In this document: positions 59,607-61,569 of the stretch, in pieces
Numbering within the stretch: position 1 is the first letter of the stretch
Layout of the letters: every line of letters begins with the position of its first letter
Origin: Clostridia bacterium
GTDB taxonomy: Bacteria > Bacillota > Clostridia > Christensenellales > CAG-1252
Direction: 5' to 3'
NCBI GenBank assembly: GCA_017961365.1
Contig: JAGCXI010000057.1
Span: forward strand, 1-61,569
Length of the DNA stretch: 61,569 nt
Made by a program: the position numbers and the translations under genes
Notes under the pieces: generated by a model
The model's input: the letters and a program-made list of their open reading frames with translations, nothing else
Databases searched by the model: none
Told to the model about the DNA's origin: nothing

Positions 59607-61244
59607 ATGATAAAGGCCATTGACGTAAAAATGCTTCGAGAGATGTTTGTCGGCGCTTGCCGAAATCTTGCGGCGCACGAAGAAGAGATCAACGCGCATA
59701 ATGTTTTTCCCGTCCCCGACGGAGACACCGGAACGAATATGTTCGCTACGGCGTCGAATGCGGTGAAAGAGCTTGCGTCGATCGAGGAAAATGATCTGAA
59801 TTGGTCGTCCTTTGCTTCGGCATTGTCTGTCGGATCGCTGCGCGGAGCAAGAGGAAATAGCGGCGTCATTCTTTCGCAGATATTCAAAGGCTTTGCGGAT
59901 GTTGTTTCCGGCGTGGAAGGACTTCTCACGACGAAGGATTTTTCCGATGCGCTCTTGCAGGGAGCAAAAGTGGCGTACAGTGCGGTCAACAAGCCTAAAG
60001 AAGGGACGATTTTAACGGTGATCCGCGTGATCGCGGAGACATCGGAAGGCGCTTCTGCCGGCAGGAATGCGGACTACCCGTCTATGCTTCGAAAATTGAA
60101 TGAAAAAGGGAATTCGATTCTTCAAGAGACGCCGAATATGCTTCCGATTTTAAAGAAGGCGGGGGTCGTGGATGCAGGCGGCATGGGATTGATGCGCGTA
60201 TTCGAAGCCTTCTTAATGGTCATAGAAGGGCGCGACATCCCAACGGTTTCCGCAGGAGAGAATGCAAAAGAGAAAGAAGAGAGCTTCGCTGCCGACGTAC
60301 ATGATCTTGAAAATATCGAATTTGCTTATTGCACGGAATTTTTTGTCAAAAACATTCGCCCTCGCGCCACGGAATCGGACATTGACAAGCTTAGGGACAA
60401 GCTTTCTCATATCGGAAACAGCTTGATCTGTATCGGAGATCTTCGCCTTGTGAAAGTCCACGTGCATACAAACGATCCGGGGAAGGCATTGCAATTCGCT
60501 TTGGAGCTCGGAGAACTCGATCAAGTCAAGATCGAGAATATGCTCGAGCAGAATCGAAAGATCAAAGCTGAGTTGGAGAAGAATAAAAAACCGATCGGAA
60601 TCGTCAGCGTATGCGCGGGAGGCGGGATCAAGTCCATATTTAAGGAGCTTTCGGCGGACGTGATCGTCGAAGGCGGTCAGACGATGAATCCGAGCGTAAA
60701 TGAGATCCTTTCCGCGATCAATCGAGTAAATGCGGATAGCGTGATCGTCCTTCCGAATAATAAGAATATCATCCTTGCAGCCCAGAAGGCGATGGAGATC
60801 GTCGAACGAAACGGCATCGTTCTCCCGACGGAAAACGTCGCTGCGGGGATCGCCGCGTCGATCGCTTTCGACCCTCAAAGCACGCTCGAGGAAAATGCGG
60901 AGAATATGACCGCCGCATTTTCCGCATTAAAATGCGCGCAAGTCACCACTGCGGTCCGAAATGCGAGAATGGACGGGATCAGCGTAAAAGAGGGAGATAT
61001 TATCGGCGTGTCTGATAAATCGATCCTTGCGAAAGGGCAAGACCCCGAGAGTGTTGTATTTGCATTGGCGGAAGAAATGGGGGTAAGCAAAATGGATGTT
61101 TTAACCCTGTATTCGGGCGAAGGCGTGACGGAAGAGGAGAGCACGAAATTGGCCGATAGCTTAAAGGAGAGCTATCCCGATCTTGAGGTGATCCTTTATA
61201 AGGGCGGACAGCCTCACTCCTTCTATATTTTAGCCGCAGAGTGA
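59607..61244 (+). CDS. yloV: DAK2-domain fusion protein YloV
   Basis: N-terminal DAK2 motif VFPVPDGDTGTNM, LRGARGNSGVILSQ, and a C-terminal DegV-like/YloV domain. Confidence 0.85.
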   Translation: MIKAIDVKMLREMFVGACRNLAAHEEEINAHNVFPVPDGDTGTNMFATASNAVKELASIEENDLNWSSFASALSVGSLRGARGNSGVILSQIFKGFADVVSGVEGLLTTKDFSDALLQGAKVAYSAVNKPKEGTILTVIRVIAETSEGASAGRNADYPSMLRKLNEKGNSILQETPNMLPILKKAGVVDAGGMGLMRVFEAFLMVIEGRDIPTVSAGENAKEKEESFAADVHDLENIEFAYCTEFFVKNIRPRATESDIDKLRDKLSHIGNSLICIGDLRLVKVHVHTNDPGKALQFALELGELDQVKIENMLEQNRKIKAELEKNKKPIGIVSVCAGGGIKSIFKELSADVIVEGGQTMNPSVNEILSAINRVNADSVIVLPNNKNIILAAQKAMEIVERNGIVLPTENVAAGIAASIAFDPQSTLEENAENMTAAFSALKCAQVTTAVRNARMDGISVKEGDIIGVSDKSILAKGQDPESVVFALAEEMGVSKMDVLTLYSGEGVTEEESTKLADSLKESYPDLEVILYKGGQPHSFYILAAE

Positions 61245-61263
61245 ATTTTTTATTGAAAAACGG

Positions 61264-61292
61264 TTGCAAAACCGACTTGTATTTGGTATAGT
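61264..61292 (+). promoter_or_regulatory. Extended -10 promoter for tRNA-Gly
   Basis: TTGCAA (61264-61269), 17-nt spacer, TGgTATAGT (-10 at 61287-61292). Confidence 0.6.
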
Positions 61293-61308
61293 AATATAGC
61301 ACTTACGC

Positions 61309-61383
61309 GCGGGAGTGGCTCAGTGGTAGAGCGTTGCCTTGCCAAGGCAAATGTCGCGGGTCCGAATCCCGTCTCCCGCTCCA
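61309..61383 (+). tRNA. tRNA-Gly (anticodon GCC), CCA encoded
   Basis: Hand-folded cloverleaf: acceptor GCGGGAG/CTCCCGC, D stem GCTC/GAGC, anticodon stem TTGCC/GGCAA with loop ttGCCaa, T stem GCGGG/CCCGT, discriminator U, CCA. Confidence 0.9.
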
Positions 61384-61569
61384 GAGGTGTTCCATACGGG
61401 ATTCAGCTACGTTAGTAGCGGATGCGTCAGCATCGGATCCGCCGTGGGACCGCACCGGAGCGAAGCGAAGGTCCCCGAGGGAACTCGGGCATCCCGTCTC
61501 CCGCTCCAGAGGTGTTCCATACGGGATTCAGCTACGTTAGTAGCGGATGCGTCAGCATCGGATCCGCCG
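61366..61569 (+). repeat. Tandem direct repeat, period 125 nt, starting inside the tRNA-Gly 3' end
   Basis: 61366-61444 is identical to 61491-61569 (79 nt; copy 2 is cut by the window edge). Each copy begins with the last 18 nt of the tRNA (ATCCCGTCTCCCGCTCCA). Confidence 0.85.

Noticed and set aside
61334-61540. 68-aa + strand ORF at the window end
   Set aside because: It lies over the tRNA-Gly body and the tandem repeat and has no RBS. Its apparent length comes from repeated sequence.
61366-61569. The direct repeats as a CRISPR array
   Set aside because: Only two copies are visible. The identical unit is at least 79 nt with a 46-nt spacer, which is the wrong geometry. It contains a tRNA fragment, and there are no cas genes in the window.

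Overview
This window looks like a core-genome stretch of a Bacillota (Clostridia/Bacillus-like) chromosome with moderate GC. All calls rest on reading the ORF-track translations and the raw sequence; no searches were run. I count 61 protein-coding loci, 59 of them on the + strand, plus one tRNA. The genes are tightly packed, with many 1-8 nt start/stop overlaps. In order they are: atpF'(partial)-atpA-atpG-atpD-atpC, an aconitase-family hydratase, alr, 5-formyl-THF cyclo-ligase, rsmD-coaD, a coiled-coil protein, ylbJ, tmcAL(-), pta-ackA, rpmF-plsX-rnc-smc-ftsY, an AT-rich orphan membrane gene, ylxM (interrupted)-ffh-rpsP-KH-rimM-trmD-rbgA-rnhB-yraN, rplS, a CBM-like + GT-C-like membrane lipoprotein, comM-dprA-topA-trmFO-hslVU-hisS-aspS, an rseC-like gene, trxA, glyA, a nifS-like gene, pcrA-ligA, yicC-gmk-rpoZ-coaBC-priA-def-fmt-rsmB-rlmN-rpe-thiN, a spoVM-like micro-ORF, rpmB(-), asp23-yloV and tRNA-Gly(GCC). 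I saw no CRISPR array, transposase, integrase, prophage or recognisable defence or toxin genes, and I did not find a convincing multi-gene novel system. The best leads are single-locus oddities: (1) the ATP synthase alpha subunit carries a delta(OSCP) C-terminal domain at its N-terminus and there is no separate atpH; (2) a 125-nt tandem duplication starts inside the 3' end of tRNA-Gly and runs off the window edge; (3) ylxM has an in-frame TAA at a conserved Glu position; (4) an AT-rich orphan membrane gene sits between ftsY and ylxM-ffh; (5) a lipoprotein fuses a carbohydrate-binding-like domain to a polytopic GT-C-like domain; (6) an unannotated 24-codon spoVM-like ORF lies between thiN and rpmB; (7) sense codons TTA/CTA/TCA are almost absent, which produces very long codon-aligned antisense 'mirror' ORFs that are artefacts, not genes.
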